A DNA stretch of 56,535 bases, filler included, from Sphacelaria rigidula (taxonomy: Eukaryota): NCBI GenBank assembly GCA_964200075.2. It is 4 parts of 4 records of this genome, joined end to end, with 100 filler letters (N's around TTAATTAATTAA, not from the genome) between each part and the next. Parts side by side here need not be neighbours in the genome. Positions count along the whole stretch, not along the records: positions 28,322 to 42,378 come from CAXNAA020002482.1; positions 42,479 to 56,535 come from CAXNAA020002483.1; 2 more parts are not named here. One strand, given 5' to 3'. Both the position numbers and the translations under genes were made by a program. Shown here one piece after another: positions 36,801-49,104 of the stretch. The notes under the pieces were generated by a model. It searched no databases and was not told where the DNA came from. It saw only the letters and a program-made list of their open reading frames with translations. Positions within the stretch are counted from its first letter, which is position 1. Each line of letters starts with the position of its first letter.

Positions 36801-39800
36801 TCCCCGCCATTGGCAAACCGCAAATAAGGGAGACGGAATAGCGTGGAGAAAGAAAGCGTTGAACTCTGAGGTGTTTTTTACGCTTGGCACCTGGCACCCC
36901 ACGCGTAACCGAGAGAACGCACTTGCATGCAATACAACGATCCGTAGGTGGTTAGCTGTATTGTTGTGATACTGTTGTGGGCTGTCAACCCACCAAAGCT
37001 ATGTATTGGTCGGTTTCGTCATGACAAGTACATTGGAGACTGATGCAGCCAATATACCCTATATATATATTCACCAATAAATCAGCGCCAATATTTTGTT
37101 ATATGTGCTCGTCTTATGGTGGCGCAGTCGCCATGCGAAGGCGCAGCTCGAGCCAGAGCGCCCTCTCCCGGCTGGTGAGGGAGCGCTGCCGGAGTAAAAA
37201 AATGACGCGTCTTGGTTTCATCTCTCTTCAAGATCGAGTCTGGTTTTCACCGGTCAAACGCAGCGCTTTACCCCTACAGCCTTCAATTTTCCTGGAAAGA
37301 GAAGGGAGAAAAATACCTGCGCTTGAACAATACATATTTCTTTAGGAAACCCTTTCTCAGCTCGGCGCACTGTGCTCAACAATGCAGTCTTGAGCGCTTT
37401 GACAACAATGCTGCCGTGGATGTTGGCAATCACTAGCGACTACGCTATCAATCAAATCCATGCCCATGTGATCCCCGGGTACCTGGAGCTTTAGACAGTG
37501 CTCTCCGATCTGGAGATCCGGCATGCCGCACGCACAACAGCGTATGGCAACGACATACCAAACGGAGAACACGAAAAGAGCAGCGGGTAAGAAGAAAGAG
37601 ACACTAAGAAAAGAAATTCACCGAGCGAAAAGCAGCTTGGCGCGCAGCTTCTTGTTTAAGCAGTCCCCACTACTCATCGACCTGGGCGTTCTACTTGACT
37701 GTGGTTGCAACAACAGCCGGAGCTCCTGTCCTCCACTTTGAGTGACGAGTTAACACCAGAGGAATATCACTAGAACTACCGGCTTCGCTGTCCAAACTGC
37801 CTCAGCCGCTCATGCTCCCGATCTCTTCGTCGGGGCACGCTGATAGTGCTGACGGGTGCTGCAAGCAGCTACCCACTGAAGCTTAACCACGACAATAACA
37901 TGCAACTTGATCGCTGTAAAATGACCATAGGATGCGTACATTTAGTTGCTAATAACTAAATATAGAGATGGCAATATATGAGAATATTGCGACTCAGCTA
38001 CTCCATGTCAATATCTCGCAATATGCTGGTGACGGCCAACATATATTGCTACCAACAAACCAAACAGTCCAACAACGCTCAGTGCGTCTATAGCTGGCGG
38101 AAGACACACGGCGACCGTCAAACGCATGACTAAACTGCTACGATTTGGAAAAGTGTCCAAGCTCAACACGGCGTCATTATTCTCACGTTGGGCGGAACGC
38201 TTTCGGAGCTGGAATGACCGGCGCCTGCTGCATCTGTGCGTACAGATGTCGCGTGAAGGTGACACGCAATTCAACCATCTGGGGAGCGAGTGGTCGATGA
38301 GGGCCATCGTGCACTTCTCTAGCGTCGCTTGTTCCACAGGGTCGCCCATCAGTTGTCAGTCGTGGAAGTAAACGAGACATTCGAGCCCCCGCGTTGCGAT
38401 CGGCGGGATCCCCCGAGCAGTATGCACGCACTGCGGGAGCGACCAATTCAGGGGAATGCCGAAGCGTCACTGCAACGGATTCGGGGAGTAAGCACCTGGA
38501 GCATCGTGGCGTAGACATGGTACGCGATAAAAACAATAGCTTAGGTTCATCGCGAACGCATAGCTGAGATAGCTCCGCCTGTTTGCCTGAGACATTCGTT
38601 CCCTGTGGACCAGTCGACCATGATCGCTATCAAGAGCTGTTTTGAACGGTGCTCCCACATTCAGGTTGCTGGGCAACACACAGCCAAGATATTTTTTCGA
38701 GACATTCTTTTAAGAAGTAGTCGAACGACCGTCGGTACCAGAGTCGTAAGGATATCTTCACAAATCCTGTTGATCCACAAAATGACTATTCCACGTGTTC
38801 CTCGACCGCAATCGGCGCTTGACACTGACCCTTGAAATTGGGCATATGTACATCCTCCTCCTGGAATAACTTTGACAAGTCAGTAGGGAGAATTAGTCAA
38901 CGGAATGAAGAGTCAACAATTTGCGGCGTTCCCACTTCACGCACCTGGCATGGTGCATGTCTGCCGCAGCCTTGTCCGGGTAGACTTCGATTCGTCGCCT
39001 GATCAGCTGCTGTACGCCATCGTCTGCTGTCGTCGTACCATCTGCTTCCCTGACTGCTTTCAAGCCCTGCCGTTCCGCAAGAAGTGCGCAACACTCGTCC
39101 AGCTTCAGTTCGGCACGGCTGCCGATGGCTGAAGGATGCTTTGGTTCGCAAACTCCATCGTGATACTTACACAGTACCAGATAACGACAAGACCAAGGTC
39201 CTGGCGAGCTTTGGTTCGGTACATCAGAGTCTGGTCAGGACTAGGGAAAGATCCACATGTACCCTACCCAAAATAAAATGAAAAAGGGGTGTCTTGGCAC
39301 CCTACATGTACCCTGGGTCGTCGCATTAACTGGACTACCTACTTCCACGTAGACACACCTCTAATTGGGTAATTTTGCCCGACCCAAGTGTGCGCGGCGT
39401 CTTGCCCCTGTCCACCATGCAGCCAGGCATCACGAGGTGAACCTCGCCCGATCGTATCCATACTCGATGTTGGCTGTTCCACGACAGCGACGCCAGCCGC
39501 AGGTGAGACAAGTGGGAAACGGTATTGGTAAGCCTTACACAATGCACAATGTTTGTGGTGTCCAGGCCACGCACCACGACTGACAATCGCGTAGGATGAT
39601 ATGATCGGCTGCGAGCAGCACTGAAAATACATTTTACATGACTAGGCAGGTGCATGTCCGTTGGGACACTCTGCGTGTTTATCTACGGCCATTCCTAGCT
39701 ACCAAATCGACCCGTCTGAAAAGGTAGCCAAGGGACGTTCACCTGTTGTCTGGAGACAGAAAGGGCGGTAGTGCGGTTGCCGCCTCGATCAACAAGAATT

Positions 39801-40518
39801 CGCCATCGTTGTCACATACGCGCGCCGTTAACCTGTCACGGAATGGAAAAATCATATAAACACGATGAGCGTGTAGGACTCCGTTCTTCTTGAACAGGCG
39901 CATGATGCGGTCTCCGAATATGTGCGACGACGTAATGGCCGACGGCAACCAATGATTAACCAAATAAGCCTAATACTCTAACATGATTATTCAGATTTGA
40001 TTTCACTCATACTTCCGACATAACGGTCAACACCTATGCCGCACTCACCACAAGAATGGGTCGATAGTTCACAAAAAAACAAAAAAAAATAGACCTGTAC
40101 ATATCGGCCAATGCCTCAAACCCCTCTCTCCAGCTACAGTTTTGTTCCGAGTCCACCTGAGCTCACACTCTGGTCCGTAATCGCTCAAGCAACGATCTAT
40201 GGGGAAAACAAGTGGCAAACGAACGTACATCTCGCATACACAACAAAGCCGACCGACCGCGCAGGACACTTCGGTGCAAGTGAAGGTAGAGTTTGCTGCC
40301 AGAGCACTAACTCACCCCTGGAATGTCTTGGTGATCGTGAAGAGGAGGTAGCACGACAGCCACTCGTCCGATGCGTTCTCCCCGACAACCTGCAAGCCCT
40401 CAAGATGGGGCTCCAGGTCCCCCTCCGTCGGTACTGTGATCGCGAGAGAGAAGGGGTCATGATGCCAGATGTAGCCAGCCGTCAGGGACTCCACCAGCCG
40501 TAGTATAGACTCCCGCAG
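27835..40518 (-). CDS. ECD: Ecdysoneless / hSGT1 (SGT1 family) protein; 5' exon(s) unresolved
   Basis: Exons 40518-40316, 39832-39743, 39473-39359, 39066-38945, 38495-38187, 36796-36706, 36326-36165, 34385-34221, 33655-33590, 33236-32926, 32562-32211, 31166-30995 (donor less certain) and a probable terminal exon 27866-27835 are phase-compatible GT-AG. Motifs appear in ECD order: YIWHHDPFSL, GENASDEWLSCYLLFTITK, DNDGEFLLIEAA, HRVWIRSGEVHL, RIEVYP..HHARCLLP, LVAPAVRAY, FTRHLYAQM, LGQKISMGLE, GFFEEEIEGSQRY, EYMAAMEME..LGQSF, ASNLL..M. Confidence 0.92.
28222..28321. other. Assembly gap linker (artificial)
   Basis: Identical 100-nt linker. Confidence 0.97.
28342..28727 (+). mobile_element. tRNA-derived SINE with (CA)n tail
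   Basis: A-box-like GTGGCTCAGTTGG, B-box-like GCTTCGAATC, a ~290-bp body and a (CA)n tail. An inverted sister copy lies at 29353-29725. Confidence 0.78.
29353..29725 (-). mobile_element. tRNA-derived SINE with (CA)n tail, second copy
   Basis: The minus strand reads TCGCCCCGGTGACTCAGTTGGTAACCTCGAAAACCTCTGACGGTTGGG..GGGTTCAATTCTCGG; the body is colinear with 28342-28727. Confidence 0.78.
31504..32104. mobile_element. Tc1/mariner-type MITE (601 bp)
   Basis: Perfect 14-bp TIR CGAGCTGGGCCAGC / GCTGGCCCAGCTCG, flanked by TA on both sides. A similar end (GGCCCAGCTCGTA) occurs at ~2278-2290. Confidence 0.68.
35695..35738. repeat. (AAC)n microsatellite
   Basis: Imperfect AAC/AAT run in an ECD intron. 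Confidence 0.85.
36438..36472. repeat. (ATGAGCAC)x4 tandem repeat
   Basis: Four perfect 8-mers. Confidence 0.85.
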
Positions 40519-42261
40519 CTGATAGTGTGCAGAAACGTGCATAATTTGTACGAGTTGCGACACAAATACGGCAGGCTGTAGTCAGCACTCTGTCGTACGG
40601 TGCATGGTCGCCACATCAAAAGTGAGTTACACCTACAGCCTGTGGCACGGGGCACGTAGTAAACAGTTCTCGATTGTCGGCAACGTTCGAGGTTAGCACT
40701 TCATTGTGTCCGGCCGGTCTGCAACTGCGTGGATGAAGTCCCAGTGGGATAGTTGCACCTGTGCTCGTTGTATGTGACAATCAGCTCGGAAGCCCTCTCC
40801 CATGATGGAGCTGCTGACAAGCTTGATGCCATCTCGCAGCACTCTCAGTGCACTCTTGACTGTGCGTGTCAAAGTTGTTATACGTAATTCTGCCGCGTGT
40901 CCTGAAAGTTCCGCCGCGTTCCCGAAAAAAAACTCGGGATACGCTCTCACGCCACGGTTTGAGACGCACCCGAAGTTGAATGCAGTACAATAACGTCATC
41001 GCCAAAACTACCCCAATCGACCAGCGGCGGACCTGTGCGTTACCAGCTTAGCTTGGTCTGCAGTTCACAGCGATACGCTGAAGTCGGGCTAATTTGGGAA
41101 ACTTGAAGAGTTGTTGTGTGATACGCGTCTGACATATTACGGCTGGCCCAGCTTGTGTAGAGCTTTCAGCAAATGGAAATGACATGGCCATTGACTTCAG
41201 GGTTAATGTAGCAACTGCAATACTGGAATATACTCTACACATGAAACTCTCTGGCTCTCCTTTAGAGACCAGACCTTACGACGACCAAAATGCTGTACGG
41301 ATTCGAAGACACCACCGGTGAATAGTGAATGCCAAGTCCGGCTGCTGATTTCACCCCGCCCAGGAGTCTGAGTTTGAGTCATGGGACTCATACTCGTCGA
41401 ATCAGTCGTGAGCACATTTTCTGAATGACTCGTATGACTCGAGTCTAACTCGTCCTCATCTTCCGATACGATTTGTGTGTGCCTCGAGTGAGGCTCACTT
41501 TCATCTTCCCGAATGATCTCGCATGAAAAGGATATATGTATGTACAGTAATTTGTCAGTACCACGTGAAAAACGAAAGAGCAGTCACCCCACAATACAGG
41601 CAGCTCAAATGTGCGCTCTAACGGCGCGGTTAGTTCGGATGCAAACGCTATAACCGCACACGGGAGGTGTCCTCGGGTGTGGATTCAGGGTTGGGGCTAA
41701 CTATTTAGTTCGGGGATGGGGCAGAGTTAGTGGTGGTGTTTGGGTGGCTGGGTGCTGCCCAGGAGCACACAGTCATACAGACAATTATATCACAGACACA
41801 TTATAGTCGATCACATCCTGGTGTAGCACCGGCGGACAACGACGATACACGGTACTGCACAAAGTGTTGATTGATTGATCAATTGATTGTCGCACACCAA
41901 CTTACATGTGCATCCTTGACGATGGCTCTGTTGCTGTTGTTTTTGCAGTTAATCCGAAGAAAACAAAAAGCGTTAATTCGTTTTTGTTAACGTACAGTAT
42001 CGTGCTACGAGTACTTTACTGCCTATTTCTGAAGACCGTGGGGTTCCATAATTATGGTGCCCTAGATACGCGAGAGGAAGTACGACAAAAAAAAGAAAGC
42101 TTCTGGTGCGCCGATATAGTGTTTCTTCGTTCTAGTTCATTGATCAAGGAAGAAGGTTCGTCAGAGGCATCGGTTAATGTGCCGTTGACCATAACGAGAT
42201 ACAGTACCTCGGGACATAGCTTTCATAATAGCAAGGGTCGAAAACATAATGAGTTGTCTGC

Positions 42262-42378
42262 AAATTAGTTGGTTTTAGTAAAATTGATTCGAATCGTACG
42301 AATCAATCCCAAGGCTTTGTTTTCAGCGTTGCAACCCAGGTACACGCAGCCCAGACACGTGGAATGGTGCAAACGTTG
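42262..42378 (+). repeat. Dispersed repeat family A, copy 3, truncated by the assembly gap
   Basis: GAATCAATCCCAAGGCTTTGTTTTCAGCGTTGCAACCCAGGTACACGCAGCCCAGACACGTGGAATGG matches ~8428-8495. Confidence 0.8.
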
Positions 42379-42478
42379 NNNNNNNNNNNNNNNNNNNNNN
42401 NNNNNNNNNNNNNNNNNNNNNNTTAATTAATTAANNNNNNNNNNNNNNNNNNNNNNNNNNNNNNNNNNNNNNNNNNNN
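42379..42478. other. Assembly gap linker (artificial)
   Basis: Identical 100-nt linker. Confidence 0.97.
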
Positions 42479-42900
42479 TAGGTATGGCATTTCAAAATAT
42501 CGGATTGGGTCGGTATCGGTAGGGTATGAGATGTCCCAAATACCGGTACCGGGTACCCACCTTACCTACGGTGCCTGTACAATCCTCCGTGTGTGTAACT
42601 TTCTAGGATAATTGCCACCGAGGCCGAACATAGCGTTGTGTGAAAATGTCGTGGGTCCAACACGCCTTTCTGGAAACGTACGCCGGTGAGTAACATAATC
42701 GCGGATGGCTAGCTGAATCTTCTTCTCTCTCATCTGAAGTGACGCGCCTGGTCTTCGAACTTTCGCTCAATTACTGTGCTCCAGACCCACACCCAATGCC
42801 TGGTGGTGCACCATAGTCGTGCCAGTTCCCAACGATTCACTATCCCTCACCACCCGCTTCTCCGCTGCCTTCGTTTTTTTTTCTGAAACGAAAAACGCAG

Positions 42901-44325
42901 TTGTTTTACACAGCAGAGACCTCCATAAAGCCGCACTTTGACCATCTCACTAGACTGGGCGTGGAGCAGATGACATACGCCAATCACGAAGCAGTCCCTA
43001 CCGGCGAAGTAGTAGGCGACTACTTTTCAGAGGTGCACCTGTTCCGCGTAAATCATCTCATGCTGCCGCTGTCACGCGAGGTGGGTGAATGCACTCGTTT
43101 CTGGCGCCGGAAACGCCAGCACGGACAGTACATGCTGGCCTATGACAACGGGAAATCGGCGGTGAGGGTTTTACCAGGTCGAATCGTGCCTCAAAGCGTG
43201 CACCGCTGGAGGACGCTTAGATCTGACGAGCGTGATGGCACCTCGAGTACTCATGCTACCACGGAAGAAATATCAGAGAGGACACAATCGTACACACGGA
43301 GAGTGTTGGAAATGGGCGCAGTTAATGGGGAACGTGTCCCCGTTCAAAACCACAGCGATATGGATGGCGTTGGAATATATCTTCCGAATGATGGTTCCAC
43401 GGAGCAAAGGGGAAAAAATGCGGCACATAATGGAGAGGGTGGTGACCGGGCGAGAGGTCATGCTTGTCATGAGGAGAAGGGACGACCTGACGTCCCTCTT
43501 GTAAATCGGAGTGCCTTGGTAGACCCCCGCCAACTACGCTTCAACGATCTCTTGGAGTGCAGCGATCCATGCGTGCTGCACTATCCTAGCTGTGGGCTGG
43601 AGTGGCTGCGCGATAAATACCGATTGCTAGGCAGATTTCCGTCTTCATGGTTTGGCGGGAAATTGCCGATCGCCCCTTGCTTCCACCTCGACGCCCGCAA
43701 CGCGCTGGAACGGCGATCAAATCTGACTGAGCAGTCAAATTCGACTGAACGGCCAAATCGGCCCGGACAACCTGTTGTGGGCGGTGCTGGTCAGGGTGAG
43801 AGTGATCCTCTAGTGAGTAACTACGGTGATGCCGAACGTGATGATGATGCAGGCAGGGATCTGTACCGACGGGAAGTAATGCTCTGCCCCGATGAACACG
43901 CCGAGCAGATGCTGGTGCAGCTCGAGCACGGAGTGTTGCGGACGATCACAGACGCGGCGAACGTTATCAAAGTAGTTAGGTGTGAGAAAGCAAAGCTCAA
44001 CAGCTCAGATGGTCCATCCAAAGTCCCGAATTTGGTGGAATCAAAGCTGCACTCGGAAACAAGCACCGCAAAGGCTGCTGAAATAAAGATATTGAAAGAT
44101 GTCCAAAGGGAAGTAAACGGATCTTCGTTGGCACAAAATTTGGCGGCTTCGTTGCAGGCATATAGTAGTGATGCTCACGTGCAGAACGCGGGAGCAGCGT
44201 GTATCGAGGGTGGTTCAGTGCCTCGGTCGAGTGATGAGGTGGTTGAACCTGCTGCTGCGGCTGCCCTGGTGTCTAGCTTTGACAATTCGTGGATCCTTTC
44301 TGCTGCGGCGCGGGAGTTCCTGTAG
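42901..44325 (+). CDS. Terminal coding exon of a GT-A-type glycosyltransferase-like protein (KOBITO1/ELD1-like; GT2/GT92-related)
   Basis: A 474-codon open frame follows a T-rich tract and the acceptor AAACGCAG at 42900. Motifs YANHEAVP..DYFSEVHLFRVN, AYDNGKSAVRV, PQSVHRW and VLHY lie in the order I recall for KOBITO1-like proteins. Upstream exons (expected H.DxDE motif) are not visible and probably lie in or beyond the gap at 42379-42478. Confidence 0.78.
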   Translation: MFYTAETSIKPHFDHLTRLGVEQMTYANHEAVPTGEVVGDYFSEVHLFRVNHLMLPLSREVGECTRFWRRKRQHGQYMLAYDNGKSAVRVLPGRIVPQSVHRWRTLRSDERDGTSSTHATTEEISERTQSYTRRVLEMGAVNGERVPVQNHSDMDGVGIYLPNDGSTEQRGKNAAHNGEGGDRARGHACHEEKGRPDVPLVNRSALVDPRQLRFNDLLECSDPCVLHYPSCGLEWLRDKYRLLGRFPSSWFGGKLPIAPCFHLDARNALERRSNLTEQSNSTERPNRPGQPVVGGAGQGESDPLVSNYGDAERDDDAGRDLYRREVMLCPDEHAEQMLVQLEHGVLRTITDAANVIKVVRCEKAKLNSSDGPSKVPNLVESKLHSETSTAKAAEIKILKDVQREVNGSSLAQNLAASLQAYSSDAHVQNAGAACIEGGSVPRSSDEVVEPAAAAALVSSFDNSWILSAAAREFL

Positions 44326-45813
44326 CTCGTGTGTGATGGTTGATTGAAAGGTGCACACTCGAAAGAGAAATCGTTTGGGAAAGGCACATGCACTCGTACG
44401 AGCGTAGCATGGTGTAAAGCACACCTTAGATGATGGATGCAAAAGGCAATCGACTCATTCTTTACGAAGTACATTTTTCTCCTGTTGCAACTATTAATGT
44501 AACTACTGCACCACTCACTATCGACACTGTGTGGTGTGTATGGCCAGGCAGAATACTGTCCCATCGTTGCGCTCATGAGAAGTGTACACTCAGGGATTCT
44601 CTCCGTAGCCTAAGGCGTACGTACCGCTGTAGCTGCCCGTGTGTGGACAAATGTTGAAAATATGCAAGGGGTGGCAATACTGTACTGCTGGTTGTTTGCA
44701 CCGTAATAGTTTGCGGTGGCAATCCCATGGCGTCGCACACGAGTGTCCTCTACACGATATGTCGCCGCTTGCGTCGAGGGAGACGCATGGTCGTTCGCTC
44801 AGATATTACAGCTTGATGCGGATTCACGACGCTTCATATATCGCTCCATTACGTGATGAACGCCGCGAGCCAACCTGTTGTCTTACCGTCTCATGGGCAT
44901 CACTTGATCGCGGAATTTGATGGGTTCGATTCTGGCCGGCTACGTCGAAGGACTACGTGAACAGTTGATGGTGTAGGTCAACGGAAACCACCAACGTGCA
45001 TGTTCCACGTAGATCTTCCCTAACAAGGAACCTGGCAACTTAAATATGTAGCATGAGATTCCGCGTGCCAACGATGACGCTGGATCGCGGAAACTAACGA
45101 TCGTGTACGGAAGAGCCGCAATGACGTGTCATGGGATGCTCAAGCGAGTATGGACGCCGTGCAACGCCTATCGCTGGATGCACGGTGGAAAGAAAATAAA
45201 ATTGTCATCATTTTGGATTCTTCCCGGGTGAAGTAGCTACTAAACAATTCCCTACATGCAAAAATCAAGAAAAATATTAGAGTCAAGTCAGAACTTTTGT
45301 TGGATCCAACGAAACCGGGTCAATCACACCAAAAGAGGTTGGGGGCATATGCCCACAGGCAGCATCCCTTGCCTCACATGGCAAAGTAGAGAATGGCAGC
45401 TCAATCAATACAAACACGTGGCTTCCACGAACATCGAGAGTGAAATACCAAACAGCGAAATCGAGACTGGACGTGACACCTTCTGTACATCTTACATAAC
45501 GCTACTACTTCCACCTCCGGGTGCGCTTTGGAACGTAGCACACACGAAAGTACAACACCCCCATAAAAGGCAATACCCTCCTTTAAATTCTTAGCTAATT
45601 TTGATTTATAATCGACATCCAAACGAGAGAAAATCTTTGTATCATACACTGAAACACGGGAAAATCTCGGGCACACACAGGAAGCACATGCCAACACTGA
45701 CCCATCGTAAACGCACGATCCTTGCACTCTGCCCAAATCACAAAAAATATGTATATTGAAAATGTACCGCAAGCGGCCTGATGTAAAAAAAGACGGGTTA
45801 CTGCGCGCAATAT

Positions 45814-48800
45814 TCAATCTTTGCGCCTTGCCTCTGCCGTCTGCTCGTTCCTTCTAGCGACCCGCCTGCGATACTTAAATTCAGACCCTCTCACACCAGC
45901 CACTTCACGCCCCCTGATGGTCGGCTTGATTTTGAGAGAGCCAAAACTGTCCACTGACAGCGGCAGTGTTTCCACGGTCAGTGACGGCAGAAGCGGTAGA
46001 AGCGGCTTGGTGCTGATGTCACCGCCGCTCAAGTCTTGCGCAAGCGCGATATCACGATGGAGATCTATCCATTTCGAAGATGTCTGGGGCACCGCTGACA
46101 ACGCCTGTGCGGGAGAGACAGAAATGCAGACGATGCTTGGGGTTGGACGTATGTCGAGTACAGCGTGTGCATTCGTTTCTTCAAGAAAACTAGGTTGCCC
46201 ATCCTCACAGTTGTGGGTCGGAATGGGGGGCCCAACGACCAAAAACCCTCTCTACGAGAGATATAATATGAAACGGAGGAATAATGAACACTTAAGTGCC
46301 TGTGCCGAGCCCATCACGAACAGAACACCGGCTTCATCACTTATTAACTTGGTTGAGAATGCGACAGCTGTAGCACCTGAGATCGCGCGGTTCTCGACAC
46401 AGGAAGCAAGACCGCCCCCCCCGCATACACACAACAGCTAGGGAACCTCTACACATTTTGCTACAATCGCGACAGCGGACAGGAAAAGCCCCCAAAAGCC
46501 GAAAATACTTGATTTTTTGTATACTTCGGTTGTGCTAGTGGCTTAGTATCACGCTGAAAAGCGCACGGACAGAACCGCTCCCTAGGTAGGGTGTGTGGGA
46601 GCGCACGCAAGAAGCCACAGCCCAATCCTCCGCTATGTTGCCGAGGTCTGAGCATTGCGAGATCGGTACGACAACATACTACAACAAGAGGGGCACAACA
46701 ACAACACGAGCAGCAGTTTCTACCCTCCTGTTGTTGTGACCCTGTGTACAGGTGTACAGCAACGTCAGTCCCAGGTTTGTAGAATGTACTATAATGATAG
46801 TACATTTTGTATAAGCGTGGTCATCATTTCGAGGTGAGGCGTGTACTTGTGATTGATCCTGATTGGCTCATGTGGGCTTCGTTTTTTCAGTACACATTAG
46901 TCGGTGCGCACTATCCCGAAATATGGTACCCCAAATCGGCGCTCATTCCGACCCATAAGAGCCATCCGATACGTTTCGAAAATCTGGGAAAGGAAGTCAG
47001 GCAGGAGTAAGGAGTAGTCAGTGAACTTCCCCGCGGGTTCTGTGCCCACTCCCGTACGAGCAAATTTGAAGCAACGGTGCATGAGCCAGTTGGAAATTGT
47101 ATTTCACCGCAAAAGGAAACGGGATAATCAGTCGTAACACACGTGGTTGCCGCAGTCTTGTACTTGCGAAACCCCGACCAGACGCTTTTCCTGGTTTGTT
47201 GCGACACTATAGTACTACGCAGCTTGTTGCGGCAAACCGCCATCAGATGCGACCTTGGCACCTACCGAAGCGGCTGTGTTGTGCTAATTTTCACCCTCAG
47301 AAACTCAATGCACTGATATGTACGATAAGGCAAGAAACGATCATCCTCATCAGTATGCATGTACTCGGTAGGACCTGGAAACCGTGATGTAATTCCTCGA
47401 CGGACACTTGTGGGAGTTCTCCCCTTGAATGTGGTGGTCTCCACATGATATACAGTATATGATGTAATTCTTGTGATTCATATGGCACGCTTGTTTCAAA
47501 TATGACGCACCTATAAAAGTAAACAGTGGAGATATAACGCACGTATGACGATATTTGGGGTGAACTATTAACCCTTTTGGGACCGGACTCCCAGAGATAT
47601 GGTGTTTGCACGCAAGGGTCTTTTGGATACTCGGGATCATCGTCAGTCCTTTTCAAGTAAAAATGATGCCGATTCACCAAAAGGCCCTTGCGTGCAAACA
47701 CCATATCTCTGGGAGTCCGGCCCCCAAAGGGTTAATACGTACATTCCCTCGTCAGAACTGCAAAGACTGCGATCTTTTCGACACTTTTCAAGGTGGCCCA
47801 TCGCATATTCCTCGCCAGAACTGCAAATTCAGATACTTCCGGCACTAATCAAGGTGGTCCGCAGCGACTTCCTTGCTGCTCGCGCTCCCACTCAATTTTT
47901 GACGTTATCCAACGGTATCTCCAGACCTTGATATTTTCCCAGCAATGTAGTATAGCTGATACGACAATTTCGTCGATGTCTGGCGGTTTTCATGTATATT
48001 TGGTGATTCATGGCCGTTTCCATGCAAATACTGAAAACTTATACAGGGAGTAAAAAGTGTCGTACTGTATCACGACAGAAATGCAACTGTATTAACACAT
48101 GATGAAATATGATATTTTCAGACCGAGTGACAGCCACTTTATCACGTACTGCTATGATAGTTATGGCATTGATGATCCATCCTTTCGAAACAGTTTTCGA
48201 CGCTTTCCTGAAGTAACTTGTACACATCATAACGGCTTTTGACCCAACAACCCACGAGTGTACCCGTGGCAACCACACCAAGTGACCAACATCCACTCAC
48301 GTAGCCGTCGCTGCCTGCTAGAAACGATAAAGGGTGAAATGTGGTTAGCACCCAATAATATAGCTTGCGACATTCCCATCTCCTTCGTCTCCGCAACCTC
48401 AAAAACACATTTCACCATTGACCTACAACACCCGATTCCAGCGGCACAATGAACCACACACGCGGTAACAGCAGTCCGGCCACGTACCTGCTTCGCTTCA
48501 GCGATGACATTATTCAAGCCAGTCTTGTCAATCAGCCCCAGCCTGACCGCCTTCACCGCAGCTCCCACATACGTCCTGAAGTACACAAAGGGAACACCAT
48601 TCACCTCCTTATCCAGAGGAACACGCACCCTGTCTTGCCTCGCCGCATCGCTCACAACATGCAAAAACACCGCCCGCAGTCGCTCGGGGTACTCACTGCT
48701 CATCAGCTCCCCCGCACGGGGATCTCCCTCCCCCGTGTCCCCTATGAACACATAACCGCCCTCTACCCCTGTGGGTCGCCCGCGGCCTCCCATCCCATCA

Positions 48801-49104
48801 TCCTCGACGAGCTTACCGAAATTGCGTGCCTTTCGGATACTTTTCCGGCTAGCGCAGATCCATTCTTTGACGCTGCCGTACAGAACAGGTCCGCGGCCCC
48901 ACGACTTGAGGTCGTTCCCGTCTCCGCATTTCCTGAACTGCCTAGATATTTCGTGCGAATCTCCGATTTCCAGGGCGAAGAGGAACTCTCTGGCTCTGGC
49001 CGTAAGGACCGCGACGGAGAGGGGTTCCTGCCAAGGAGGTACCCGATGCCGTGCGAGCTCGAGGTTGAACTGGAACACCCCAGGGTAAAATGTTCCTCGT
49101 GCGT
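45814..49104 (-). CDS. 3' exons of an APP1-like (phosphatidate phosphatase catalytic domain / HAD-superfamily-like) protein
   Basis: Exon 49104-48488 (acceptor TTGCTCAG, donor GTACGT) reads RGTFYPGVFQF..AVLTARARE..GPVLYGSV..YVFIGDTGEGD..AVFLHVV..YFRTYVGAA. It splices in phase to terminal exon 46104-45814, ALSAVPQTSSKWIDLHRDIALAQ...RRKD*. The upstream exon expected to carry the DxDDT motif was not found in the window. Confidence 0.72.
47572..47731. mobile_element. piggyBac-type MITE (160 bp) with TTAA target-site duplication
   Basis: TTAA|CCCTTTTGGG...CCCAAAGGG|TTAA. Near-perfect ~55-bp arms include CCGGACTCCCAGAGATATGGTGTTTGCACGCAAGGG and its exact reverse complement. Confidence 0.85.
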
